Virus record (IMG/VR): IMGVR_UViG_3300025387_000022
Location: 1 to 54,034 of that record
DNA length: 54,034 bases
Strand: one strand, 5' to 3'
Source: a virus
Taxonomy: Duplodnaviria; Caudoviricetes
The notes beneath the pieces are model-generated. The model saw only the letters and a list, made by a program, of their open reading frames with translations. It made no database searches and was not told the origin of the DNA. Shown piece after piece: positions 1-9,956 of this stretch. Within the stretch, counting starts at the first letter, position 1, and each line of letters begins with the position of its first letter. The position numbers and the translations under genes are program-made.

Positions 1-140
1 TGTAGGGGAAACCTTTTGAGCATTCGGAAATCCAGCATTTAATCTGTTTAAAAGCATAGTTCCTACACCTGCTTCAGCCCCTCTAATTAAAGGGCTGGGC
101 TGCGGTTTCGCCCCAGCTATAGGTGCGTTACCCTCTTTCT
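1..140. repeat. Terminal direct overlap (copy 1), circular assembly junction
   Basis: 1-140 equals 53895-54034 except T14 vs G53908. Confidence 0.95.
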
Positions 141-222
141 GATAAAACTCAGGCTGAAAATGACTTTCAGGAAATAATTCTTTAAACTTTTTATCGTAAT
201 CTTCTTGTGATTCTTCAGCCAT
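1..222 (-). CDS. 5' part of an origin-spanning gene (continues in 53274-53894); putative ejection/internal virion protein, ~280 aa
   Basis: ATG at 222-220 overlaps the TAA of the 622-aa gene (TAATG). Reads MAEESQEDYDKKFKELFPESHF... in frame with ORF 53274-53951 across the overlap (843 nt total). Confidence 0.8.
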   Translation of the reverse strand, partial: MAEESQEDYDKKFKELFPESHFQPEFYQKEGNAPIAGAKPQPSPLIRGAEAGVGTMLLNRLNAGFPNAQKVSPT

Positions 223-2090
223 TATTGTTTCTCCTGTTTATAGAAAATGCTAGACTCAGGTATTCTTTTAAGCAGATTATGATAATAGGTCATAATATTC
301 TTATAATCTGGATTTGAGTTACGGAAAAACTTATCTGGTAATTCACGTGGGTGTTTTTCTTGCCAGTCTTCAAACGCTTCTTTTAACTTTCCATTTACTT
401 CATTCTGAAGAATCATTTTTTGCGTTAAACTCATAATGAAACCTGAAGGATCAGTTGACTGAAATCCAGGCTTTGCCATTAATACTGCTTCGGAAGCAGC
501 AATTGATGGACCATAAATATCCTTACCTGCTTTCATTACGTTTTGGTTTAATCGTGCTGCAAGCTGACCAATCTCACGAGCAGTCGCTTGTTTTGCAGGG
601 GGCAAAGATCTTTCTAAATAAGAATTAACGTCTGCGGAAAAACCGCCCCATGGTGTTGATATGCCTGCTTGAGCCAGCTGACCAATACCGCCATACTGAT
701 TTAAAAGATCCATAACATCTCTATTTTCGGCAACAAGTTTTGATAAACGTCTAGCATCAACATCTGTCTCGATTACATTTTTACCACTACCTAAATTCTT
801 AAGAGTAGAAGTCATTGCTTCAGAATCTTTCAGCCTAGATTTGAATAACTCGTTTTCTTTTGCTGCTTCGTTTGTTATCCTTGTTTCAGTTTCTTTTTTC
901 TGCGCTGCAATACGTTGATTTTCTGTCATGCCCGCATAAGGATCTGTGCTTGCAACTTGAACACCGCTACTTTGATCAGGCAGTTTTATCTTAGAAGTTA
1001 AAGGTTGATATTGGGTCGGGTTGATCGGCTGACCTTTAGGGTCGATAACTTTAATTTCAAAATGATCCCCAGTAGATACCCCCATATTACTTCCAATAGA
1101 ACCAACCACATCACCTTGTTTAATTTTTTGCCCAACCTGAACAGCAGGATCAACGTGCCCGAATAAAACAGTGTGACCGTCATCACGTCGAATTAAAACT
1201 GCTTGCCCATATCCTGAAACAGGACCTGCCTGAATTACTTGACCATCAACTGGAGAAGCAATCGGTTTTCCTTTTGAATTATCAGTCGGCGCAAAATCTA
1301 TGCCTCCATGCATTTCTTGTTTTCCATTTAACGTCCTAGCCCCAAATGGGCTGGTTGGTGTTAAATTATTTCCAAATAAGTTCGATAATTCAGCAGGAGC
1401 AATATTAGAGACAGGTTTCACCTCAGGGGTAGTAGGTATAACAGGCGTTGTTTCTACTGGTTTAGGTTTATACCATATAGGGTATCGTTTATGTTCATTA
1501 AAATAGTCTAATGCTTCTTTATCTAATTTTTGCTGTTGTTCTTCTGATAAGCGTTTTTCAGTTTTCTCTTTAATATTTAAATCAGCCACCCCTGTTAAAT
1601 TCTTAACAAGATTATTTACTGAAGCGCCAATATCTTTATCTTTTGCTTCAAGCACTGGAGCAATATTTGCAAGTTTATACAATTGGCTTGAATTAACATT
1701 CCCTGACGATAACACATCCTGTGTTTCGGAGGTATTTTTTGTTCCTAGCACATCTTTTAATATGTTGTAAGCATCAGCCTTATTTTGAAGAGCATACTTT
1801 TGCGCAGCAAGACCAGCTCTAATTTGAATTAAAGATGGTTCAAGTTTTTCTTGCTCTTGTTGTTGTCTGCCTAATTCAGCTGCCCCAGAGCCTAATGCTT
1901 CGAATGCGGAGCCAGTCTTAGAAGGCTGAGCCAAAGCACCAGCGATAGAAAACCAATTAGGATTATTTCTTTTTTCAAGAGCTTGCATCAACGCATTCGT
2001 TGTATCATAATACGTCTGCGCAGCTTCATCATTTCCAAACGAAGTTGTATTTGCAAGAGAGGCTAAAGGTGCGGTTGGTGTATTTGCCAT
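222..2090 (-). CDS. Internal virion/ejection protein with central M23 peptidoglycan endopeptidase domain
   Basis: TSPFGAR...HGGIDF...PVDGQV...GYGQAV...FGHV...VGQKIKQGDVVG...STGDH motifs of M23/LytM; near the end of the virion arm. Confidence 0.8.
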   Translation of the reverse strand: MANTPTAPLASLANTTSFGNDEAAQTYYDTTNALMQALEKRNNPNWFSIAGALAQPSKTGSAFEALGSGAAELGRQQQEQEKLEPSLIQIRAGLAAQKYALQNKADAYNILKDVLGTKNTSETQDVLSSGNVNSSQLYKLANIAPVLEAKDKDIGASVNNLVKNLTGVADLNIKEKTEKRLSEEQQQKLDKEALDYFNEHKRYPIWYKPKPVETTPVIPTTPEVKPVSNIAPAELSNLFGNNLTPTSPFGARTLNGKQEMHGGIDFAPTDNSKGKPIASPVDGQVIQAGPVSGYGQAVLIRRDDGHTVLFGHVDPAVQVGQKIKQGDVVGSIGSNMGVSTGDHFEIKVIDPKGQPINPTQYQPLTSKIKLPDQSSGVQVASTDPYAGMTENQRIAAQKKETETRITNEAAKENELFKSRLKDSEAMTSTLKNLGSGKNVIETDVDARRLSKLVAENRDVMDLLNQYGGIGQLAQAGISTPWGGFSADVNSYLERSLPPAKQATAREIGQLAARLNQNVMKAGKDIYGPSIAASEAVLMAKPGFQSTDPSGFIMSLTQKMILQNEVNGKLKEAFEDWQEKHPRELPDKFFRNSNPDYKNIMTYYHNLLKRIPESSIFYKQEKQ

Positions 2091-2099
2091 AATATTTCC

Positions 2100-3638
2100 T
2101 TACGTTGTAGATGTATCAGTACCGCTTGTTGCACCATAATCTACCGAAGGTTGCGTGCTTCCAACAGGTAAATCAGGAGGAACATAAATTTGCCCGCCCG
2201 ATGTATATTGCTCCCCGTTAGGGGCGGTGTAAGTCCCATCCGAGTTTAACACAGAGCCTGAAGGAACACCTGAAGGTAAATTAGAATCAGATACTGGTGT
2301 TTGAGTATTTCCTGAACTAGGGTTAGATTTAAAAAGCCCGCTTATATAGCTTGATAAATTACCCAAAGCTCCTGGAGTTGCCGCAATCGGATTTCCGTTT
2401 TTATCAACTCCTGCAGCTGTTCCGAATAATTGCGAACCTAAATTTGTATTGCTAACTCCCGCACCGAGAGCAGCCAGCGTAGAAATTTGTTGCAACGGGC
2501 TTAAACCAAATTGACCTTGTTGTCCTGGACCTGTTGTAGTTGTCGCAACGCTTGTTGGTATTGTATAACCTCTCAATAACGCTGATTCATTCGTTAATTG
2601 CTGCATTGGGAACAGCTGTTGGTTTTGATTAATAGTTTGTTGTTGCCCGCCCAAAGTTGATAATGCATTTACATCGCCCAACCCTAATGTTTGTTGTTGC
2701 CCAGCTAGGCTTCCTAATTGCCCCGCAGCTGCAAGTTTATTCGCTTGGTCTTGTTGTAATGCTTGTTGCTGTTGTTGGGTAATCCCTAATTCAGCATTTG
2801 CAATTGTTGAACCTAATGCTTGCGCACCCCTTGATGAACCAAATTGCCCGCTACCTACTAAACCAGCCGTAGCTTGTGGGGCTAAATAGTTAGCGATGTT
2901 TGACTGACCTAAGTCCCCAATTGCTTGTGCTAAATTTGAACCGCCTACACTTTGCGCTAATTTAATAGCACTATTTAATGTAGGTTGATAATTACCTACG
3001 TTTTGTGAAACATCTTGGAATGCTTGATTCTGTAAATCAGTAGCCCCCGCAAATTGTGAACCTTGTGCAGCTTGTTGACCTTGTTGGGCGAGTTTATTTA
3101 AGTAATCAGTATAAAATGAAGGCGCAGCTGTTTGAGCTGTTGATACCGTTGAAACATTTGGCAATACAGAGCCTTGTGCGAATGATCCGCTAGACGGGCT
3201 TCCTGGAGTCACCCCCGTATTCGGCGCATTTGTATAATTTGAGGTTGGTGTTACGTTAGATGCATATTGTGAGAGCGGATTATTTATCATAGATGTGGGT
3301 GTTCCTGTAGCCAACGGTGTTGGTGATACTTGTAAAGCGGTTGGTTGGCTTGATTGCTGAGCTTGTTGTAATGGGGATACACCACCCAATTGTGGATCTG
3401 GTGTGCCTGTTGGTAATGAGGTTTGAGGAGTTCCTGCAACAGGATTACCAGATAAATCAAAAAATTGTCCGTTTTGATCAGCCCGACCAACTTCGTTTCC
3501 TTGTGCATCATTGTACCTTGGAAACAAACTTGGGCTTCCATAATCAGGTCTTAGTGTCCAACCTGAAGGCAATCCAGTATTTTGCGTAGTTTGGCCTTGC
3601 GCTGTTGGTGCAAGTTGTCCAGAAATATCAAGCGCCAT
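2100..3638 (-). CDS. Putative DNA ejection (pilot-like) internal virion protein
   Basis: Q/G/S/T-rich, GQFGSSRGAQ segment, helical Q-runs, position among ejection genes. Confidence 0.55.
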   Translation of the reverse strand: MALDISGQLAPTAQGQTTQNTGLPSGWTLRPDYGSPSLFPRYNDAQGNEVGRADQNGQFFDLSGNPVAGTPQTSLPTGTPDPQLGGVSPLQQAQQSSQPTALQVSPTPLATGTPTSMINNPLSQYASNVTPTSNYTNAPNTGVTPGSPSSGSFAQGSVLPNVSTVSTAQTAAPSFYTDYLNKLAQQGQQAAQGSQFAGATDLQNQAFQDVSQNVGNYQPTLNSAIKLAQSVGGSNLAQAIGDLGQSNIANYLAPQATAGLVGSGQFGSSRGAQALGSTIANAELGITQQQQQALQQDQANKLAAAGQLGSLAGQQQTLGLGDVNALSTLGGQQQTINQNQQLFPMQQLTNESALLRGYTIPTSVATTTTGPGQQGQFGLSPLQQISTLAALGAGVSNTNLGSQLFGTAAGVDKNGNPIAATPGALGNLSSYISGLFKSNPSSGNTQTPVSDSNLPSGVPSGSVLNSDGTYTAPNGEQYTSGGQIYVPPDLPVGSTQPSVDYGATSGTDTSTT

Positions 3639-3641
3639 AAT

Positions 3642-6071
3642 TTACCTCTTTTCTTTCATTTTAATCCCATCTCTTAAATACTCCAACGGAGATTTCGATT
3701 TTGGGGGGATTTTACTTATAGGAGCTGAACGCTTATGCTCCCTAAGAGCAAGGCGCATCTTATCTAAAACGGATGCTCCTTTATCGCTGTTACCCTTACC
3801 TAAGGCGGATACAAAACTCGCAGGAAGGACGTATTCTCCGTCAGCGATCATCGCAGGGATTTTTCCACCTTCTGAATGATGCTGTTTATGTGAAATTGAG
3901 CTCCTAAAATGCTCTAAAACTTCTTTTCCTGCCTTGCTTGAACCATTACCTAGCTGAGCAACTGCTTCCGCATCTATGACGTAATCTCCATCATTTAGGA
4001 GGGCTTTAATATCATCAGATTGCCCATCGCCTTTACCATCAGCGTAATGTCCCGTATGACCTGTGATAAATTCAGGGGTATGAACAGAACCACCCGTCTT
4101 TAAAGTGGGTATTGCTGTTGAATCAAAAGTTGTTTCATACATTGCAGGGTTATATGGCGCATTAGATTTTGATGTCTGAATCAGTGGCGATTCTTCTTGG
4201 GGAATACCTAACTGCGCTTTTAATTTTGGGTCTAGCTGAGATAGCTGTGGGTAAAGTTGTTTTAATTGCTGAAGCAATTGAGGATTCGTTTGAACCATAG
4301 GTATACCTGCTAAAGAAGTTGCTTGTGGGGTTGCATACGGTATTACCGCAGGGGTTGAAGTATTAGCACTAGATAAAGCACCACTACTAGTATTAGAAGG
4401 AGTTGATGGAGTAGTTGGGGTAGTTGATGGCTTAGCACCAACAGTAATAACAGGGGCTTTGGTTGTAGTTGTTGTAGGTGTTTCAACAGGAGTATTGCTT
4501 GGCGATGTTGGTGCATTTGCATCAACTACAATCGTACCCGCATCGGTTGGTTTAGGCGCATCAACATTAATTGTTCCAACATCGGTTGGATTGGATGGTA
4601 AATTACCATTTGTTGAAGCGGTATTATTTGGTGTTGTTGGTAAATTACCAGTTGGGGTTACAACCACATCGCTTGGTACGGTTGGTGGTGCGTTTGCATC
4701 AACTACAATATTTCCCACATCGGTTGAATCAGTAGATGGGTCGTAACCAGATATTTCGCTTGCAGTTGCCGAATCCATCCCAGGAGTTTGCATTAATTTA
4801 TCATATTGTTCTTTTGGTGTTAAATCAGGTGATATTGGCGATGTGGTTGGGTTATCGCTAGGTGAACCCATTGTTACCGAGCCACTTGGTACTAACGGTG
4901 TTCCATCATTACTAGCTATCGGTTCATAGGTTGTATTTCCGCTTGTATCAACGGGATTTTGCATAGCAGTAACTAATGCATTATTTATATCATTGTTTGA
5001 TGGTGTTGAAGGGTTTGTAGCAGCATTAGCACCTGCGGTTAACGCCCCACTTGCTATTGCACCAGCAGCTAAATTAGAAGCATTAATAGGTGCGCCTGTG
5101 ATGGCGGAATTAGTTAATGCGCCAGTAACGCTTTTAGCAGCTGCGGTTAATGATGGGTCTTGACCATTCATTAATTGCCCAGTTTCAGCTGAAACACCGC
5201 CAGTTAATGCCCCTGTTCCAATTGCATTTAAAACATTCCCACCCGTTAAAGCAGCACCAGTTCCCGCACCAGCTGCGCCCGATACTATTCCTGAACCTAC
5301 AGTGCCTAACCCGCTTGCAAGGTTTCCTGCTACATTACCTACGCCACCAGCTAAAGCACCTGTTAGTATGCCTTGGGGTGTGATTGGTTGTCCTGTAATT
5401 ACATCTTTAGCAACCGTAGTTAATGCCCCTTTGCCAGCTGCATTTAATGCAGCTTGTTGGGCAGCTGCTTGTTGTGCTGCTGCATCTGCAGCTTGTTGGG
5501 CAGCTGCTTGTTGTGCTGCTTGCTGGGCTGCTTCATCTGCAGCTTGTTGGGCTGCTTGTTGTGCTGCTATTTGATCATTTATAGCATTTTCCATTGCTGA
5601 AGTGTCACTCGTAAATGATGATGCAGCAAAATCTGGCCCAGTTAATGCGGTATCAGCTGCTGCGTTTCCAGTTATCGATGCCGTAGTAGCATCGGCAGCA
5701 ACCGCAGTATCCGCAGCAGATGCGGTAGCAGCAGCTGCATCAACAGCTTCTGGTATTGTAGCTGCAGCATCGGAAGCAGCTGCCGTAGCATCAGCAGCGG
5801 AAGCTGCTTCACCAGTAGTAATAGCTGCATCCGTTGCAGCTGCAGCACCATCTATGCTTCCTTCAACCGCTAAAGAAGCACCATCGGTTACAACTGCAGC
5901 AGCCACCGTAGCTACTGCTGCAACAACTCCCATAACGCCACCTTTACCTCCACCGCCACCCCCTCCGCCTCCGTAAATATAACCAAAACCGCCGTCTTTT
6001 TTACGAGTGGCTGAATCACCTAAAGGCTCGCCTAATGCATAAAGTTCACGCCTAGAATAGTAGTGTTTCAT
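3642..6071 (-). CDS. Putative internal virion/ejection protein
   Basis: Poly-G N-terminus, hydrophobic Ala/Gly segments, AAQQ repeats, Pro/Thr linker, duplicated C-terminal IxAxxxDGxYV module. Confidence 0.6.
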   Translation of the reverse strand: MKHYYSRRELYALGEPLGDSATRKKDGGFGYIYGGGGGGGGGKGGVMGVVAAVATVAAAVVTDGASLAVEGSIDGAAAATDAAITTGEAASAADATAAASDAAATIPEAVDAAAATASAADTAVAADATTASITGNAAADTALTGPDFAASSFTSDTSAMENAINDQIAAQQAAQQAADEAAQQAAQQAAAQQAADAAAQQAAAQQAALNAAGKGALTTVAKDVITGQPITPQGILTGALAGGVGNVAGNLASGLGTVGSGIVSGAAGAGTGAALTGGNVLNAIGTGALTGGVSAETGQLMNGQDPSLTAAAKSVTGALTNSAITGAPINASNLAAGAIASGALTAGANAATNPSTPSNNDINNALVTAMQNPVDTSGNTTYEPIASNDGTPLVPSGSVTMGSPSDNPTTSPISPDLTPKEQYDKLMQTPGMDSATASEISGYDPSTDSTDVGNIVVDANAPPTVPSDVVVTPTGNLPTTPNNTASTNGNLPSNPTDVGTINVDAPKPTDAGTIVVDANAPTSPSNTPVETPTTTTTKAPVITVGAKPSTTPTTPSTPSNTSSGALSSANTSTPAVIPYATPQATSLAGIPMVQTNPQLLQQLKQLYPQLSQLDPKLKAQLGIPQEESPLIQTSKSNAPYNPAMYETTFDSTAIPTLKTGGSVHTPEFITGHTGHYADGKGDGQSDDIKALLNDGDYVIDAEAVAQLGNGSSKAGKEVLEHFRSSISHKQHHSEGGKIPAMIADGEYVLPASFVSALGKGNSDKGASVLDKMRLALREHKRSAPISKIPPKSKSPLEYLRDGIKMKEKR

Positions 6072-6442
6072 AATCTAATCATCCAATTGTAATCTGGCAT
6101 ATCGGGACGACCAAAATTTTCACCTTCATGTTTAGCTAAATTTTTTAATAAAGTAATAATTTGTGGATTACTAGCTGCACCATAAATGGCTTGAATTTTA
6201 AGTTTTTTAATTTTACTAAAAATTTTCAACATAGATTTTGCTAATGTTAAAGGTTTATCAAGCGATGCTAAATGTACTTCATATACATGCGGTCTTAGTG
6301 CAATTAACAATAGAACGGTATCCCCAGAAGTTAAAATAAAACCCATTTTATTTTGTATTACATGATTTACGGTTAGCAATGCAACCTTTGGATTCCAGCC
6401 ATTTTTTATTGCATCTTGTTTAATGATTTCACTTGGTTTCAT
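6068..6442 (-). CDS. Hypothetical protein, possibly a GNAT-fold virion assembly protein
   Basis: Likely start MKPSEII at 6442; lies between nozzle and ejection genes where podoviruses often have an acetyltransferase-like gene; no clear motif. Confidence 0.4.
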   Translation of the reverse strand: MKPSEIIKQDAIKNGWNPKVALLTVNHVIQNKMGFILTSGDTVLLLIALRPHVYEVHLASLDKPLTLAKSMLKIFSKIKKLKIQAIYGAASNPQIITLLKNLAKHEGENFGRPDMPDYNWMIRL

Positions 6443-6443
6443 A

Positions 6444-6692
6444 TTAATAATTCGCATTTCCGCTAATAACATTCATCGTGCCTACTAAGTGCGATGCCCA
6501 ATCTTGCCATGTTTCAAACCCACGATGGTCGGCAACCCCGTTTTGTACAAAGTATCCAATACCGTTCATGCCATCAACCCAATCACGCCATTTATCTTCG
6601 GTAATTGTTCCTAATTGATTACTAGCAAACAATTCAGCCATAAGGCTGCACCAATAATCCCAATTCATGTTGCGAGGGTCGTAAGTTATCAT
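6444..6692 (-). CDS. Small Trp-rich hypothetical protein
   Basis: 82-aa ORF translationally coupled (ATGA) to the nozzle gene. Confidence 0.6.
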   Translation of the reverse strand: MITYDPRNMNWDYWCSLMAELFASNQLGTITEDKWRDWVDGMNGIGYFVQNGVADHRGFETWQDWASHLVGTMNVISGNANY

Positions 6693-8704
6693 GGATTACC
6701 CGTTCCACGAACATCGCCTACATCCGCACTTACTAATATTCTACCCATTTGATATGTGCCATTATAAGTATTGCTTTCAAACCGCATCCGTAATTCACGG
6801 TATTGTTCCTTCATATCAATCTTTAAAGTTGTTGGGCTAAACGTATAGGGTGATAACTGGCTAGTAACATCTTGATCATCAGCATATCCTTTACCCTTAA
6901 TATATAAATTCATATTGCCGTTTTGAATAAAATCAGGTTCAACCCGTTCAACACGAATCCATACATTGTCCCCTTGCAACTGTGGATTTCCAGGTCCACC
7001 GCCCACCCAACCTAACGAATTTGTTTCAAAATATGATTGAATTGCATCAACATTGGTTAAATATACTTGGTCAACGCCAATTTCATGTTGCCACAAGGTA
7101 TATGCTTGGTTTAATGTAAAGAAAATGGTTAATCCAGAACCCGTAGATGGAGATCTAGCCGTTGTGGTTAATGTTCCCGTAAATGAAGAAGAATAATTAC
7201 CACCTTGAATAATATTTAAAGCCGTTACAACACCAGTGCTTACACTAGCTACGGATAATAATGCTGGTGAACCCGTACCACCATTTACTTGAATAACATC
7301 GCCTACTTGATAACTTGTTCCGCCATTTACAACGCCAACGGAATTCATAAAATACCCTGTAGAAATGTTATCAGCCCAAATAGGGTATCGAAACACTTCG
7401 GAAAACACTCCAGCACTACGGTTTGCACCAATAGCAAATCCCGCATCATACCAAGTTTTTTCCCGCACATTATAAATAATTGCATTATTACATTCGGTCG
7501 AATTCCCCGATGGATAAAACCACCAAATTTCCCCAAAGCGAGGAACTTTTGTTACCCATACTTTTTGGCGTTGTGCGTAATTTAAATTATCAAAGAAATA
7601 GTTTTGATTTGTATCATTTTGTATTTCTTGCACAACGCCGTTGTACATTAAGAATCTATCTACACCGCACCAATAGAAAATTCCATCATATTCAATTACA
7701 CATTGCGATGACATTATCGATGTTTGTGTACTTATAATATCGTAGCGCCAATAAATTGTTGATGTGCCCACCGTTTGTGGCGCATAGGTAACACGGGTTA
7801 GTTGGTCGGTACTCCAAAATAAACCAGCGGGTGATGTTGTACCGCCCCGTAACGGCATACCCTTTATAACTTTTGTACCAGATACATTATTTGCGTTGGA
7901 ATCCGCCCCAACCCAATTATTAAGATTTCCAGCACTATTGTTTTGAATTAATCCATTATTACCATAAACAAAGGTATAGGGATACAAAATAACCACACCA
8001 CCCGATACGCTAATATTATTATCATAGGTTAGGGTTTGTGTAGATGTAGAAGTGGCTGCTTGTGAAAGCGTTACCGTAGTTGTACCGCCAGCCGTTGATA
8101 CCGCCGTAATCGTTGTATTAGCGGGTATTCCCGTGCCACTAATGGATTGCCCCGTTGCAATTAATAAGTTAGCTGGTGTAACCGTAGCGGTTGTTGTGCT
8201 ATTTAATACGGTAGATGCGGTAAATATACCAAGTTTAGTCATACCGCCATAAGGGAATTGCCCAACCATTACGGGTGTATTAACGGTACTACTAATATCG
8301 TTTAGGTTTTGCCCTGGATGCCCTAGTACCGTTAATGCGCCACTTCCACCGCTATCATAAACAACATCCCATTGCCATAAGTTGTTTGCATTAGAACTAA
8401 AAGCGCTAGACATTGTTACCGTTGTTGGACCTGAACCTACGCCATTGGTATTGTTTGTTTGCCATACATACACGCCATCGCTTTGCCCAGAATACACATA
8501 ATTAATACCGTTCTGGGATTGCATAATCATGCCACGGCTTATCCCTGTAGCATTTTGGAATAATCCGTTATACCCACCAATTTTACGGGGCAAACCACGT
8601 TGAAACCGCACCCACAACCCATCTACATATTTTAGGGATGAAAATTGTGTGCCATCACGTTGAATGCCTGCCTGAATAGTTAGGGATATAACCTTAGCTG
8701 TCAA
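6689..8704 (-). CDS. Tail nozzle / tubular protein B-like
   Basis: 671-aa beta-rich protein, VRFQRGLPRKIGGY, FGEIWWFYPS, IIYNVREKTWY; podovirus synteny. Confidence 0.65.
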   Translation of the reverse strand: MTAKVISLTIQAGIQRDGTQFSSLKYVDGLWVRFQRGLPRKIGGYNGLFQNATGISRGMIMQSQNGINYVYSGQSDGVYVWQTNNTNGVGSGPTTVTMSSAFSSNANNLWQWDVVYDSGGSGALTVLGHPGQNLNDISSTVNTPVMVGQFPYGGMTKLGIFTASTVLNSTTTATVTPANLLIATGQSISGTGIPANTTITAVSTAGGTTTVTLSQAATSTSTQTLTYDNNISVSGGVVILYPYTFVYGNNGLIQNNSAGNLNNWVGADSNANNVSGTKVIKGMPLRGGTTSPAGLFWSTDQLTRVTYAPQTVGTSTIYWRYDIISTQTSIMSSQCVIEYDGIFYWCGVDRFLMYNGVVQEIQNDTNQNYFFDNLNYAQRQKVWVTKVPRFGEIWWFYPSGNSTECNNAIIYNVREKTWYDAGFAIGANRSAGVFSEVFRYPIWADNISTGYFMNSVGVVNGGTSYQVGDVIQVNGGTGSPALLSVASVSTGVVTALNIIQGGNYSSSFTGTLTTTARSPSTGSGLTIFFTLNQAYTLWQHEIGVDQVYLTNVDAIQSYFETNSLGWVGGGPGNPQLQGDNVWIRVERVEPDFIQNGNMNLYIKGKGYADDQDVTSQLSPYTFSPTTLKIDMKEQYRELRMRFESNTYNGTYQMGRILVSADVGDVRGTGNP

Positions 8705-9954
8705 AATCCACCCCCTGCTATTCCACCTAAAGCATAGAAATAGGTTGATGAAAAATAAGCTACTTCGGCATTACCTACTACTACGCCTAATTGCCCCGAT
8801 GCGGGTAAATATAATCCAGTATTCGCATCACCAACAAACTTTAAAGATGGTACTGATGTTGAACCATTACCTAGTGTTAGGGACGTAATACTTGATGATG
8901 AACCAGATGCTGCGTTATATACGTTTGTACCATCGCAAATTAAAATTAACGATGTGTTTTGCGATATTGTTACAGTAGCACCGCCACCCACGGATGTTTT
9001 TACAGTAAAAGTATATGAACCCGTTGTATTATTGGTGATTGCGTATAGTTGTACGGTTGATGGCACAACAACAATTTGATTGCTAGTTAATGTTCCCGTA
9101 TAAATTTGTATAGTATTTGCAGCTTGTGCGCTAGATAGGGTTAATGTACCACCCGTTACCGATAGAGCTAATTCCGTATAAGCAAATTGATTTGAACGCC
9201 CATATGCATATGAATACCAGCCACCCGAACCAAATGAAATTAATACAATCGATTCGGTAAGTTGCAATTGTTGATTAGAATTACCATCAATCGTATCCGC
9301 ACCATTCGGTGCTAAGGTTAATATTCCCGTACCATCGTTTTTAAAGATAGTAAACCAACCCATACCTACGCTTGATGCGGATGGTAGGTTTAATGTTCCA
9401 GCACCACCCGTCCAAACATTAATTTGCGCACGATTTGATGATGGAATCGTTGCTGTAGCACTATATGTTTGTACGGTTGTTTGTTGGTTAAGGGTAGCAC
9501 CAATTGCCGTTAAACCATATCCAGCAAGGGTTGCTGCATTTGCAGCCGATGTTCCTGCACCAAACGTAACCGTATTCCATGTTCCAGGAATTGTTGTGTT
9601 ATCGATTACATAAATGTAATAAGCCACCCCCGCAGTAGCGGATACAATCGTTGTGCTTGGTGGCGATGTAACGCTATTATTTGATGCAACCGTAAATGTA
9701 TTTGAACCCGTATTACGGATAATCATTGCCTGCCCTGTTGATACTTGGGTAGCGGGTGGCATATAAAGGGTTAATCCACCCGTTGTTGCCGATACTTCAA
9801 TAATATTAGCGGTAACTTGGTTTTGATTATTACCGTTGATTGACCATTGAAGCGTTGTATTGGCGCTTAACGTAATTGATTCATATGATACTGGGCTAGG
9901 GGAAACTGTTTGCCCAGTAAAAGGCGATGTATAAGTAGGGTTAGATGTAGTCAT
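8701..9954 (-). CDS. Tail/fibre-associated structural protein
   Basis: T/S/G-rich beta repeats (TLNLPSA..GWFTIFKN), ends GIAGGGF. Confidence 0.6.
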   Translation of the reverse strand: MTTSNPTYTSPFTGQTVSPSPVSYESITLSANTTLQWSINGNNQNQVTANIIEVSATTGGLTLYMPPATQVSTGQAMIIRNTGSNTFTVASNNSVTSPPSTTIVSATAGVAYYIYVIDNTTIPGTWNTVTFGAGTSAANAATLAGYGLTAIGATLNQQTTVQTYSATATIPSSNRAQINVWTGGAGTLNLPSASSVGMGWFTIFKNDGTGILTLAPNGADTIDGNSNQQLQLTESIVLISFGSGGWYSYAYGRSNQFAYTELALSVTGGTLTLSSAQAANTIQIYTGTLTSNQIVVVPSTVQLYAITNNTTGSYTFTVKTSVGGGATVTISQNTSLILICDGTNVYNAASGSSSSITSLTLGNGSTSVPSLKFVGDANTGLYLPASGQLGVVVGNAEVAYFSSTYFYALGGIAGGGF

Positions 9955-9956
9955 AA

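Noticed and set aside
1-140. Biological direct terminal repeat
   Set aside because: It falls in the middle of a gene and its length is typical of an assembler k-mer overlap; it cannot be called a true genome end
5440-5580. GCTGCTTGTTG tandem repeats as a CRISPR or VNTR element
   Set aside because: They simply encode AAQQ coiled-coil repeats; no unique spacers
4459-5976. Plus-strand Ala/Val/Cys-rich ORFs (4459, 5150, 5302, 5602)
   Set aside because: Antisense shadows of the low-complexity 809-aa gene; no RBS or independent signal
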